Part shown: in pieces, positions 18,931-27,766 of the stretch | Layout of the letters: the number at the start of each line of letters is the position of its first letter | How positions within the stretch are numbered: the stretch's first letter is position 1 | Assembly: GCA_964448115.1 (NCBI GenBank) | Contig: CAYUVA010000009.1 | Span: 62,001-95,473, forward strand | Source: an uncultured bacterium | GTDB taxonomy: Bacteria > CAYUVA01 | DNA length: 33,473 nt | Direction of reading: 5' to 3' | Position numbers and translations under genes: made by a program | The notes under the pieces: model-generated | Databases searched by the model: none | Seen by the model: the letters and a program-made list of their open reading frames with translations, nothing else | What the model was told of the DNA's origin: nothing

Positions 18931-19851
18931 TTAACCGGTGATCTCGAACATCTTCTCGAGCGCTTGTTTGGCACGAATACGAATATCTTCAGGAACTGTG
19001 ATCACGAATCTGTTGAGCCTCAGCGCATCACGCACCAGATCGAGCGTAGTGGCTTTCATGTTGTAGCAGACAGCCTTTTTTATCTTATGAAAGACCTTGT
19101 CAGGATTCTCTCTGCGCAGCCGCTCCACCAATCCCTCTTCGGTGGCGATTATGTATTCCTTGATATCGGGATCTTTTGCCAGTTTAACCATGCCGCCGGT
19201 GCCCAAAACTCGATCGGCAAGCTCCAGTACATCTGGAGGGCATTCCGGGTGGGCAGCCACCAACGCATCCGCATAAGTCCGCTTCATCTCTCTGAGTTCA
19301 TCTGCCTTAATTCGTTTATGGTGGACATAGCAATGTCCCTGCCAGGGGATGATATTAAGCCCCAGCCTCTTTTGGGCATATAAAGCAAGGTTGACATCCG
19401 GTAAATACACGATCTGCCTGTCTCGATAGTATTTTAGTATCTCGAAGGCGTTTGCAGAGGTGCAAGTACAGTCGCACTCTGCCTTAACAGAGGCTGTTGA
19501 GTTGACATAGCAGATAAAGACTGCCTCTGGATATTTTTCTCGCATCCTTTTTACCTGCTCTACATCTGCCATATCGGCTAACGGACAGCCAGCCGATATC
19601 TCTGGAAGCAGGATGGTCTTATTGGGATTCAGGATATAAGCGGTCTCCGCCATGAACAGCACTCCGCAAAATACGATAACTTTGGCATCCCCGCGAGTAG
19701 CCTCTACGGCTAGAGCAAGTGAATCCCCCAAGAAATCGGCTATCTGCTGCACCTCCGGGCGCTGGTAGTTATGTGCCAGGATTATCGCTGAGCGCTGAGC
19801 CTTAAGCTCCCTTATCTCCTGGTAGAGAGTTTGAATCTCTGCCCCGTTCAT
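18931..19851 (-). CDS. nadA: Quinolinate synthase
   Basis: ILAHNYQ, GDSLAL, FCGVLFMAE, AGCPLAD, YVNS, GHCYVH, HPEC and VCYNMK (three Fe-S cysteines). Confidence 0.96.
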   Translation of the reverse strand: MNGAEIQTLYQEIRELKAQRSAIILAHNYQRPEVQQIADFLGDSLALAVEATRGDAKVIVFCGVLFMAETAYILNPNKTILLPEISAGCPLADMADVEQVKRMREKYPEAVFICYVNSTASVKAECDCTCTSANAFEILKYYRDRQIVYLPDVNLALYAQKRLGLNIIPWQGHCYVHHKRIKADELREMKRTYADALVAAHPECPPDVLELADRVLGTGGMVKLAKDPDIKEYIIATEEGLVERLRRENPDKVFHKIKKAVCYNMKATTLDLVRDALRLNRFVITVPEDIRIRAKQALEKMFEITG

Positions 19852-19857
19852 ATCATG

Positions 19858-19886
19858 TTTATAACAAAAACAGACCTATAGATAAA
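19858..19886 (-). promoter_or_regulatory. Putative sigma70-type promoter of nadA (possibly leaderless)
   Basis: Minus strand reads TTTATC-17 nt-TATAAA with a TG extension, ending 6 nt before the nadA ATG; no Shine-Dalgarno is visible. Confidence 0.35.
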
Positions 19887-19960
19887 GGCTGTGGTAAAAA
19901 CCGAGATTCTCGGCTTGAAGTCCAGGGCGCAGGACTGACATGGAGCAGTTGTCCTCCCCT

Positions 19961-20009
19961 TTGTCATGCCCGCGAAGCCTGTCCTCGCGAAGGTGGGGAG
20001 CGGGCATCC
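19961..20009 (+). repeat. Nested REP-like palindrome, copy A
   Basis: TTGTC-ATGCCCGC...GCGGGCAT-CC outer stem enclosing TCCTCGC-GAAG-GTGGGGA; 40/49 identical to the reverse complement of 23101-23149. Confidence 0.85.
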
Positions 20010-20096
20010 AGTTTCTTGCCGCTCTTCTATTTATTGACCAGTGAGGCGGGCTGTGCTAAGACTCCTTATGATTATTAATGATCTCCGAGGAAGTTG

Positions 20097-21113
20097 ATGA
20101 CAAGCTACCTGTTCAAGGGGAACAGCCCCTCCATAGCTCGATTGCGCAATCGCAGCCGATTGCTCGGCTCATATCTTAAAAAAAGATATATAGTCGGCAA
20201 TATGCCTATAGAGATGGGGCTGGAGGTAACCAATCGATGCAATCTTGCCTGCATCATGTGCAATCGCAACGATATGCACCGCCCGATCGGCGATGTCTCC
20301 AGGGAGCTGGTGGCAAGGGTGGCGCGCGAGGTGAAGGATACCATCGAGTTGCTCTTTTTGCATGGCACCGGCGAACCACTTCTGCATACCAATATCTTTG
20401 AGCTTATCGATATATGCAAGCAGGAGGGGATCGCTGTCGGCTTATCCACCAACTGCGTGCTGCTCGACAAGCACCGCTCCCGTGAACTGCTCGATGCGGG
20501 GATTGACTACTTGATCCTGGCTGTCGATGGCGCAACCAAGGAGACTTATGAGACGGTAAGGCGGGGAGCAAAATACGAACAAACAATGGAGAACATCCGC
20601 TATTTCCTCGAGCTTCGCAAGCACTATGCCCGAAGACCTTATGTGCTGCTGCAATACATCGTGATGCCGGAAAATAGGCATGAAACCGCGAGCTTCAAGG
20701 CTATGTGGAGAAATGGCAGCGCAAATGCGGTAAGGATACGGCCTGAGATCGATTTTCTAAAGCGGGGCAACCAGAGACATGGCTTGGCGAGCAACCACCA
20801 GCGCCCCTGTTTTTACATTTTTCGCTCCATGAATATATACCATGACGGTTCGGCGGTTCCCTGCTGCGCGGACTACGATGGCAAGTACCTGCTCGGCAAT
20901 GTCGAAGATGCCCCAATAAGCGAGCTTTTCAATGGCAGGCGCATGGCGTCGCTGCGCAGGCTACACCTCGAAGGTAAGGGATACCAGGTGGCGCTGTGCA
21001 GCCAGTGCCAGTATCCGCAACCGCGCGCGCCGCTGCTGTTCAGCTTCCTTTTGCTAAACGGATTGCACCTAAAGAAGCTGTTACCCAACCTTGAGGTCTT
21101 CGTTACCGAATGA
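20097..21113 (+). CDS. Radical SAM protein with C-terminal SPASM/Twitch domain
   Basis: CNLACIMC (CxxxCxxC), HGTGEPLLH, STN; PCFY...VPCCAD...LLGN...CSQC. Confidence 0.92.
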   Translation: MTSYLFKGNSPSIARLRNRSRLLGSYLKKRYIVGNMPIEMGLEVTNRCNLACIMCNRNDMHRPIGDVSRELVARVAREVKDTIELLFLHGTGEPLLHTNIFELIDICKQEGIAVGLSTNCVLLDKHRSRELLDAGIDYLILAVDGATKETYETVRRGAKYEQTMENIRYFLELRKHYARRPYVLLQYIVMPENRHETASFKAMWRNGSANAVRIRPEIDFLKRGNQRHGLASNHQRPCFYIFRSMNIYHDGSAVPCCADYDGKYLLGNVEDAPISELFNGRRMASLRRLHLEGKGYQVALCSQCQYPQPRAPLLFSFLLLNGLHLKKLLPNLEVFVTE

Positions 21114-21144
21114 TGCTAATAAACGACCATATCAAGGCTGCTTG

Positions 21145-22326
21145 ATGAAGATATTATTCTGCTCCAACGAACAGATGCTACCCCTGCTTGGCGGTGGCTC
21201 GGCGGGGAATTTGCGCATTATCGAGAAGATGGTGGCAAGGGGGCACCAGGTTACGGTTACCACACCCCTTTTCATGCCCAAAGAGCCTATTGAGCAACAA
21301 TATGGTATCAAGCTCAAGCCATTCTCGCCGTTCTACATTCATCGCACGGTGCGCTTCAGGGAGCTTAAATACTCGGCTTATGTGGTGTTGTTCTCCTTTC
21401 ACCTGCTCAAACTGGTGCGCAAGGAGAGCTTCGACTGCATCTTCGTGCGCAACTGCATAATCGCAGCACCAGCGCTTCTGGCGGGGAGAATTTGGAAGAT
21501 ACCTGTATTCATAAGCATGACCGACATTATCACCGGCTTCTTGCAGCAGGGGAAGCACTATCCCCGCTTCATGGTAGATATCCTGATGTACTTCGAGCGA
21601 TTGTTCGCCTCCATGGCTGATGAGCTTTTCGTGATCACGCCCGCAATGCAGCGCGAGGCGCTTAAAGGGACTAAACGAAAGCCAAACAAGGTCTGTATAA
21701 GCTACGATGGTGTGGATACGAATCTATTCAATCCCCACAGGATAAATGCTGAAGATGTCTCTGCCCTCAAGCAGCGATTAGGTCTGTCAGGCAAGATAGC
21801 GATGTATCACGGGGTGATCGATCCCTACCACGGCATAGATGCCCTGGAGCGCATCCTTGATATAGCGCTCGCAAACACGGATCTTAGCTTTCTCATAATA
21901 GCCAAGGGACCGGGTTACAGTCGCCTGCAAGCCAAGTACAACTCATCGCGGGTTAAGCTGCTCGACTTCGTCCCCTACGAACAGATCCCGCTTTATATCG
22001 CAGCCTCGGATGTCGGCTTCATCCCCTACAAGCCGAACTACAATCTCAATGTGGTGCTGACCCTGAAGCTCCTTGAGTACCTGGCAATGGGGCTTCCGGT
22101 TGTAACCTTGCCACTGAAGAGCGTACAGGAGATCTTCGCTGGATACCGCTTCGTCTCCATTGCCCAAAACGAGGAGCAGTTCGTAGATGAACTTGCACAA
22201 AGAGCCGGCGAGGGTAAAATGATTGAGGCGACCGAACTGATGCGCCAGCGATTCTCATGGGAACGAATGACCGACCTTATGGTTACCGAGATTGAAAATT
22301 ATGTCGCCAAGGCTGATCCTGTTTGA
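21145..22326 (+). CDS. Glycosyltransferase family 4 (GT-B)
   Basis: MKILF...GGGS, GHQVTV, DGVDTNLF, ASDVGFIP, LKLLEYLAMGLPVV; start placed at ATG 21145. Confidence 0.9.
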   Translation: MKILFCSNEQMLPLLGGGSAGNLRIIEKMVARGHQVTVTTPLFMPKEPIEQQYGIKLKPFSPFYIHRTVRFRELKYSAYVVLFSFHLLKLVRKESFDCIFVRNCIIAAPALLAGRIWKIPVFISMTDIITGFLQQGKHYPRFMVDILMYFERLFASMADELFVITPAMQREALKGTKRKPNKVCISYDGVDTNLFNPHRINAEDVSALKQRLGLSGKIAMYHGVIDPYHGIDALERILDIALANTDLSFLIIAKGPGYSRLQAKYNSSRVKLLDFVPYEQIPLYIAASDVGFIPYKPNYNLNVVLTLKLLEYLAMGLPVVTLPLKSVQEIFAGYRFVSIAQNEEQFVDELAQRAGEGKMIEATELMRQRFSWERMTDLMVTEIENYVAKADPV

Positions 22327-22987
22327 CATAGACGGTACGCTGATGAAGCTAACCGGACCTATCGATCGCGCCATACGCCGAGTAACCAGGGAGCTATTCG
22401 GAATGGAGCTTAGCGTGCGTGATGTACCCTGCGCGGGGAGAACGGACCCGGTTATCTTTCGGATGTTGGCAAAGAAGGCTGGTTTGGATGAGGGGCGGAT
22501 AGAGGAGCTGATGGGCAAGTTTCATGATATATACCCTCGATACTTCAGCGAGGAGATGCTCAATGGCTTCGAGCTTCGCATCATGCCTGGCATCAGCGCC
22601 CTGATGCGAAGGCTCTCCGCTGATGAGGGCACGATCATCGGTGTTGCCACCGGCAATATGGAGACAATCGCTGCCCAGAAACTTCAAGCATCCGGATTGG
22701 CGCAGTTCATCAAGGTCGGTGGATACGGCAGCGATGCGGAACAACGCAGCGAATTGTTGCGCATCGCGATAGACAGGGCATCGAAGATAACAAGCTGCCG
22801 GATAGGAACCGAGGAGGTCTATTACTTTGGAGACACCAGGCATGACATTACAGCAGGTAAGGATGTCGGGGTAGTTACGGTAGCAGTCGGCACCGGGTAC
22901 GAGGATCAAGATGTCCTAAAAAAAACTGAACCTGACTATTACTTTAAGGACCTTTCTGGTACCAATAATGTGATGATGATCATATAA
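22301..22987 (+). CDS. HAD-family hydrolase (phosphoglycolate-phosphatase-like)
   Basis: LILFDIDGTL, GRTD, ATGN, FGDTRHDITAG. Confidence 0.9.
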   Translation: MSPRLILFDIDGTLMKLTGPIDRAIRRVTRELFGMELSVRDVPCAGRTDPVIFRMLAKKAGLDEGRIEELMGKFHDIYPRYFSEEMLNGFELRIMPGISALMRRLSADEGTIIGVATGNMETIAAQKLQASGLAQFIKVGGYGSDAEQRSELLRIAIDRASKITSCRIGTEEVYYFGDTRHDITAGKDVGVVTVAVGTGYEDQDVLKKTEPDYYFKDLSGTNNVMMII

Positions 22988-22995
22988 CTTTTAAT

Positions 22996-23066
22996 GAGAT
23001 TCCCCGACTCGCTCGCCAAAGCCCTTCGACTTTGCTCAGGGCAGGCTTTGCTCGCTCCTCATGACA
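22996..23066 (+). repeat. Composite REP-like hairpin element (GAGATT...ATGACA enclosing CCCTTCGAC..GCTCAGGGC)
   Basis: Inverted CAAAGCC (23017-23023) / GGCTTTG (23044-23050) around GCCCTTCGACTTTGCTCAGGGC; ends in ATGACA like the neighbouring element. Confidence 0.6.
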
Positions 23067-23100
23067 GGTAAGTTTATGTCGTGCCGCCTGGTCAAGGACC

Positions 23101-23166
23101 GGATATCCGCTCCCCGCTTTCGTGGGGACAAGTTTCACGGGCATGACAAGCTTCGCGGGTATGACA
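23101..23166 (-). repeat. Nested REP-like palindrome, copy B, with a duplicated 18-nt end
   Basis: Reverse complement TTGTCATGCCCGTGAAACTTGTCCCCACGAAAGCGGGGAGCGGATATCC matches copy A; tandem GACAAGTTTCACGGGCAT / GACAAGCTTCGCGGGTAT. Confidence 0.85.
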
Positions 23167-23276
23167 GATCCGGGGCGGACAGGACATAAATATCATTATT
23201 TGTGAGCCTGGCACAAGCGGTGGAAAACTCAGAATGACAGTTATAGTAGTTTAACTTACTTTTTGCTATAAGAGCC

Positions 23277-23565
23277 TTATCGTTTTCGCTTATCAAGCAG
23301 AATATCGAAAAGGTCATCCCAGGTCTCACAATCAGCGAGTAATGGTGCAATGAATTGAAGAAACTCCTTTCTTCGCTCGCTTGTCCTTAGCTTGTCGATA
23401 TCGATCTTCCCTAGACGCTCCTTTAACTCATCAAAGGGATACTTGATTAAGATATAATAAATCGCTATCGCATTGTGCCAGTATCTCGTTTTGAAAAGGA
23501 TATAGGTTTTTCTCAAAGAATTCTTTTTCCTTTTTTGTTGCTATCTTTATTTTTTTGCTAAACAC
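23277..23565 (-). pseudogene. Probable deleted or frameshifted remnant of an AbiEii-like nucleotidyltransferase locus
   Basis: GTG 23565 opens MFSKKIKIATKKEKEFFEKNLYPFQNEILAQCDSDLLYL (resembles AbiEii N-termini up to the FYLTGGT motif, which is missing) and stops at 23431. A second frame continues IYYILIKYPFDELKE...LRTSERRKEFLQF to 23277. Confidence 0.45.
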
Positions 23566-23628
23566 TTCGTTTCAATAGTTCGATTATCTATTTGCTTTGA
23601 ATTCCTTACGATATAATGATATTCTTAA

Positions 23629-24222
23629 TTATTCTTGAGCCTTGTCTTTTGGAGTTTTTATATGACTATTAAAACGATATAAATCAAAGCACTTAAAAAT
23701 ACACTCACAAAATTTTATCATTCTATCATCCTTTTCGGCAACAGCTTTTTCATAGATTTTAATAAAATATCTTTTCCCAGCCTCAATTTGTGAATATTTC
23801 TTCTTTAAAATGTTGTGCTCTGAGCAAAGGGTTTGACCATTATCAACAGAGTTATCACCGCCGAGTTCTTTGGGTTTTATGTGATCCGCGTGTATCTCGA
23901 CTCCATCTTTGCGTCCTCTGCCGCAAACCACACAAGTATATTTATCCCTTTTGAAGATTTCTTCTTTGGTGGCTGGACTAAAATTTTGCAGCTCGACAAA
24001 ACCATTCTTTTCAGGATCATATCGATAAATCCCTTTTTCAACCTTTATCAATCTGCCTTCCTGGTAAAGCCCACGAATTGTTCTCCACGTGTCTCTCGGT
24101 TTTCTATTATTTTCTTTTTTGTATTGTTCTTCCACCCAATCAACTACCGGTCCATGTTTAAGATCTTCGTTGGGATGATTTATAAAATATTCCATAACTA
24201 ACTCTTTAATAGTTTTAGCCAT
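23629..24222 (-). CDS. HNH endonuclease, probable Type II restriction enzyme
   Basis: IFKRDKYTCVVCG...IHADHIKPKELGG...NGQTLCSEHN (zinc-binding HNH); N-terminal helical domain; starts 5 nt downstream of a DNA methyltransferase. Confidence 0.85.
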   Translation of the reverse strand: MAKTIKELVMEYFINHPNEDLKHGPVVDWVEEQYKKENNRKPRDTWRTIRGLYQEGRLIKVEKGIYRYDPEKNGFVELQNFSPATKEEIFKRDKYTCVVCGRGRKDGVEIHADHIKPKELGGDNSVDNGQTLCSEHNILKKKYSQIEAGKRYFIKIYEKAVAEKDDRMIKFCECIFKCFDLYRFNSHIKTPKDKAQE

Positions 24223-24227
24223 TATTT

Positions 24228-25040
24228 TTATTCGCTTTTAGCATTAAGCCATTGTTGGTCGATTTTTCCTTCTTTTATAAGCCTATTTTTCGCCAGCTCG
24301 CAGTATTTGCTATCGATATCGACCCCGATCCCCCTGCGCCCCAGTACAAGACAAGCAAGCAGAGTGGTTCCGCTTCCGAGAAACGGATCAAGCACAACAT
24401 CGCCAACAAAGCTAAATAGTTTGATACATCGCTTAGGCAATTCGATGGGAAATGGGGCGGGATGTCCGATCCGTTTTTTGCTTTCTCCACTGAAATTCCA
24501 GACTCCGTTTGTCCATTCCATGAATTCTTCTTTGGTGATGTCGGATTTTCTGCTCCCGCTGGTCTTTTTCCAGTCCTTTTTATAAAACACAACGATAACT
24601 TCCACGGGAGCAATCACATAAGGTGCTGAAGCCGAAAGCCACGACCCCCAGGCGGTTCTTCTCGAAATGTTCTGTTCATTCCATATTATTGTGGAATGGT
24701 ACTTGAAACCGATCTGTTTGGCTATTGTTGTTATATCTGCGCAGACGCTTTGTTGACCGCCCTTGTTTTTATCCAGCGGAATATTCAGGCAAAATCTTCC
24801 ATCATCTTTAAGAAAATCATAACATCTTTCAAGCCATTGCTGAGTAAACGAAAGATATTCCTTGTATGAGAGTGTATCATCATGTGAGTTATATTTTATA
24901 TCAACATTATATGGAGGCGAGGTAACAATTAAATCAACAGAAGTTTTACATATAACATTTGTTTTCAGGATATCTGTATTATATATTTGTATTGTATCCG
25001 TGTGGAAAAAAAGATCATTTCTAACCATAATATCATCCAT
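24228..25040 (-). CDS. N4/N6 amino DNA methyltransferase, beta class (probably m4C)
   Basis: Motif IV TSPPY precedes HPAPFP and motif I DPFLGSGTT (beta order); SPPY is typical of m4C enzymes. Confidence 0.93.
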   Translation of the reverse strand: MDDIMVRNDLFFHTDTIQIYNTDILKTNVICKTSVDLIVTSPPYNVDIKYNSHDDTLSYKEYLSFTQQWLERCYDFLKDDGRFCLNIPLDKNKGGQQSVCADITTIAKQIGFKYHSTIIWNEQNISRRTAWGSWLSASAPYVIAPVEVIVVFYKKDWKKTSGSRKSDITKEEFMEWTNGVWNFSGESKKRIGHPAPFPIELPKRCIKLFSFVGDVVLDPFLGSGTTLLACLVLGRRGIGVDIDSKYCELAKNRLIKEGKIDQQWLNAKSE

Positions 25041-25164
25041 TAGATAATATTCATTAAATCATGTCCGGGTTTTTTGTAATTTAGTCATCATAAATCCAAT
25101 ATACATTATCCTGTCATCATGATCAAGGAGTCATTTCATATAAGTTACGACTTTATAAATAAGA

Positions 25165-26379
25165 CTACCTTGCATACCAATAAAGCACCTTGCGGACCGC
25201 AGCTATCACATCGGCGATATCGTTATCTGATAAATGCGGCGAAAAGGGAATAGATAAAGTACGCTCTGATACCCAGGCTGCGCTGGGGAAGTCATCAGCC
25301 ACAAAACCATAGCGCTCCTGGTAATATGGATGCAGATGCAGGCTCACATAATGCACTCCACAGCCGATGTTCTCATGGTAAAGCGCCTCCATTATCTGGT
25401 CGCGATCGGCCTTGAGCTGCTCCAGGTCGAGAAGCAGTATGAAAAGGTGCATGGCATGTAGATCCCCAGCAGCTTCTCCGGGCGGTAAAATCACCGGCAA
25501 ATCGGCAAATGCCTCTTTATATAGATCCCAGATTTCCCTTCTTCGGGCATGGAAGCGCTCGATCTTCGCCAGTTGTTGGATGCCCAGCGAGGCTGCAATA
25601 TCGGTCATGTTATACTTAAAGCCTGGATAGATGACCTGGTAGTGTTTGAAGCCCTCATCGGAGAACCTCCGCCAAGCGCCCTTGGAGAGTCCATGTAATG
25701 CATGCAGCTTGATATTCTCTGCCAGCCCATCATCCTGGCATGTAACCATTCCCCCCTCGGCGGTGGTGATGTTCTTGGTTGCATAGAAGCTGAAACAGGT
25801 GAGGTCGCCGATGGTGCCGACTTTTTTTCCTTGTGAGACCGCCTCGATGGCGTGGGCTGCATCCTCGATGACATATAGCTTATATTGAGCAGCGATGTCC
25901 ATTATGGCTGGCATATCGCATGGTCTTCCCGCGAAGTGCACAGGGATTATCGCTTTTGTCTTGTCGGTGATTGCGCTTTCGATGCGGCTTAGATCGATAT
26001 TGAGCGTCGTTTTATCGCAATCGACAAAGACTGGCTCGGCGCCGACATTGATTATGGTATTGGCTGTGGCAGCGAAGGTCATCGGTGTTGTTATCACCTG
26101 ATCCCCAGCACCTATCCCGCAGGCTCGCAGTGCCAGGTGCAGCCCGGCAGTGCAAGAGCTTACCGCCATGGCGTGCTCGCAGCCAATATACTCCTTGAAG
26201 GCTTGCTCGAAGCGCTCCACCTTGGGACCAGAGCCGATCCAACCCGATTTCAGGGTCTGCACCACCTCCTGGATCTCTTCTTTCGATATATGAGGCTGCC
26301 CGAAGACAAGGAACTTCTCCCGTATTGGCTTTCCGCCATCGATAGCCAGTTTCTTTTTATTGGATGAAATTGATCTCAT
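25165..26379 (-). CDS. DegT/DnrJ/EryC1/StrS sugar aminotransferase
   Basis: SSCTAGLHL, PVHFAG, IEDAAHA, SFYATKNITTAEGG (PLP lysine), GFKYNMTD. Confidence 0.95.
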   Translation of the reverse strand: MRSISSNKKKLAIDGGKPIREKFLVFGQPHISKEEIQEVVQTLKSGWIGSGPKVERFEQAFKEYIGCEHAMAVSSCTAGLHLALRACGIGAGDQVITTPMTFAATANTIINVGAEPVFVDCDKTTLNIDLSRIESAITDKTKAIIPVHFAGRPCDMPAIMDIAAQYKLYVIEDAAHAIEAVSQGKKVGTIGDLTCFSFYATKNITTAEGGMVTCQDDGLAENIKLHALHGLSKGAWRRFSDEGFKHYQVIYPGFKYNMTDIAASLGIQQLAKIERFHARRREIWDLYKEAFADLPVILPPGEAAGDLHAMHLFILLLDLEQLKADRDQIMEALYHENIGCGVHYVSLHLHPYYQERYGFVADDFPSAAWVSERTLSIPFSPHLSDNDIADVIAAVRKVLYWYAR

Positions 26380-26425
26380 GGTTCAACATCATATCATAAA
26401 TCTCGCTGCCGCTTTTTTATATAGC

Positions 26426-27352
26426 TTACTTGGGCTTGGTCTTCCAGCGCTGGTGCATCCAGACCCACTGTTGTGGGTGTTGGCGGATGGCTTGCTCGGC
26501 AAAGTCGTTGAAGCACTGAGAAAGCTCGATAACTGCCTGTTGTTGCTCGATATCCTCTGGCAGCTTGATAGGTCCTTTGATGAACGCACGGTGTTTTAGT
26601 ACATCCTCTCGAAAGGACACGATAAAAAAGATATCCACACCTGTCTTTAGTGCGATCTCAGCAGCCCCGGCTGGCGTATGGGAAGGTTTATCGAAGAATT
26701 CTACAAACACACCCTTCACCTTCGTATCCTGGTCGATAAGCATACAAACCACATCTCCATTCTTTAAGGCACGAATTACCTGCTTGGCAGCCATCATTCC
26801 CTTGCGTTTTATAACCTTCAAACCGGCACGCCTCCTATTGCGGGTAACCATCCAATCAAAGCCGAAGTTCTTAAGAGCCCTCGCCACTACGGTAAGCTTT
26901 AATCCATAAGCGCATAAAGCTGCGCCTAGAAGTTCCCAGTTGCCGATGTGCCCGGTAATCAACAGTAATCCCTTGCCTTTAGCGAAAGACTCCTTGAGCA
27001 GGCTGATATCATCGCATTGCAGTATCTCTTGCATTGCAGGTGCATTACTGTAAGGTAGCTTGAGGATCTCCATAATCGATATCGCCAGATGCCGGTAGCA
27101 CCCCCGAGCCAAAGCTTCTCTTTTATGGAGATCAATATCTTTGCCAAGCGCCATCTCAAGGTTTTCAAGTACAACTTTCTTATGTCTAGGATCAATCTTA
27201 TATAGGAAATCAGCCAGCAGCCTGGCAGCTAAAACACCAGCCCTTATCGGAAGCAAGCGGAGAACAAGCAATATAGGAAGCGTGGCTGCGAATATTATCA
27301 AATTCACCACTGACTTGTATAGATGCCGTGCTTTCTTCTTGAATCTTTCCAA
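26426..27352 (-). CDS. Lipid A late acyltransferase family (LpxL/HtrB-like)
   Basis: N-terminal TM helix, NLEMAL, TGHIGNWE (Hx4E), LIDQD, VFVEFF, PQQWVWMHQRWK; exact start uncertain (TTG). Confidence 0.88.
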   Translation of the reverse strand: MERFKKKARHLYKSVVNLIIFAATLPILLVLRLLPIRAGVLAARLLADFLYKIDPRHKKVVLENLEMALGKDIDLHKREALARGCYRHLAISIMEILKLPYSNAPAMQEILQCDDISLLKESFAKGKGLLLITGHIGNWELLGAALCAYGLKLTVVARALKNFGFDWMVTRNRRRAGLKVIKRKGMMAAKQVIRALKNGDVVCMLIDQDTKVKGVFVEFFDKPSHTPAGAAEIALKTGVDIFFIVSFREDVLKHRAFIKGPIKLPEDIEQQQAVIELSQCFNDFAEQAIRQHPQQWVWMHQRWKTKPK

Positions 27353-27603
27353 AAGTTGATCCAGATTCGCGATTATAGGTATTGAATCCAGTTAGGAATT
27401 CTCCGTATTTATAGGCATATATTCTATTATACTAACATCATTAAGTAAATAAAGTTATTGAGTAAATAAAGAGCCTACTTTCATGAATATTATTAGCTTG
27501 TCTTATACAAACACGGGTGAACGAGAATCCAGTCCTTGCAATGACACGGTGCAGGATTTTGAGACAGGCTCCTTTGGGAGAGGGAGGAGGGTTAGGGAGG
27601 AAA

Positions 27604-27667
27604 GATACACCCCTAATTTCCCTCTTGATAGAGGGTTGGCTCGCTTCTGGGCGAGACGGGGTGTCTC
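27604..27667. repeat. Branched REP-like palindrome
   Basis: Outer stem ACACCCC (27607-13) / GGGGTGT (27658-64) enclosing CCCTCT-TGAT-AGAGGG and CTCGC-TTCTGG-GCGAG. Confidence 0.7.
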
Positions 27668-27701
27668 GTATATCAACACCCGAATGAATTCAGACGATAA
27701 T

Positions 27702-27766
27702 TGTAGGAGTATCCCTTCGGGCGCGATTTTCGGGCGCGATGTCGCACTCGGAAGAGTGCTTCTACA
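27702..27766. repeat. GTAG-type REP doublet (REPIN-like)
   Basis: TGTAGGAG...GCGCGA and inverted TCGCACTCGGAAGAGTGCTTCTACA (17/25 identical, all differences transitions); hairpin GCACTC-GGAA-GAGTGC; internal 12-nt duplication TTCGGGCGCGAT. Confidence 0.72.

Noticed and set aside
19852..19960. Known NAD+ riboswitch or enterobacterial NadR regulation upstream of nadA
   Set aside because: I could not match the NAD+-I consensus by eye, and the TGTTTA-like box is short, AT-rich and known from Enterobacteriaceae; kept only as a weak generic finding.
20097..21113. RiPP maturase role for the radical SAM/SPASM-like protein
   Set aside because: No plausible precursor peptide, PqqD/RRE domain or peptide exporter is adjacent; the neighbours are glycan enzymes.
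23135..23350. 71-aa minus-strand ORF
   Set aside because: Runs into REP-like repeats and overlaps the better-supported remnant frame.
27444..27471. Direct repeat AGTAAATAAAG x2 upstream of the LpxL-like gene
   Set aside because: Low-complexity AT-rich 11-mer; it could be a regulator site near the minus-strand TATAAT at 27426-31, but support is insufficient.
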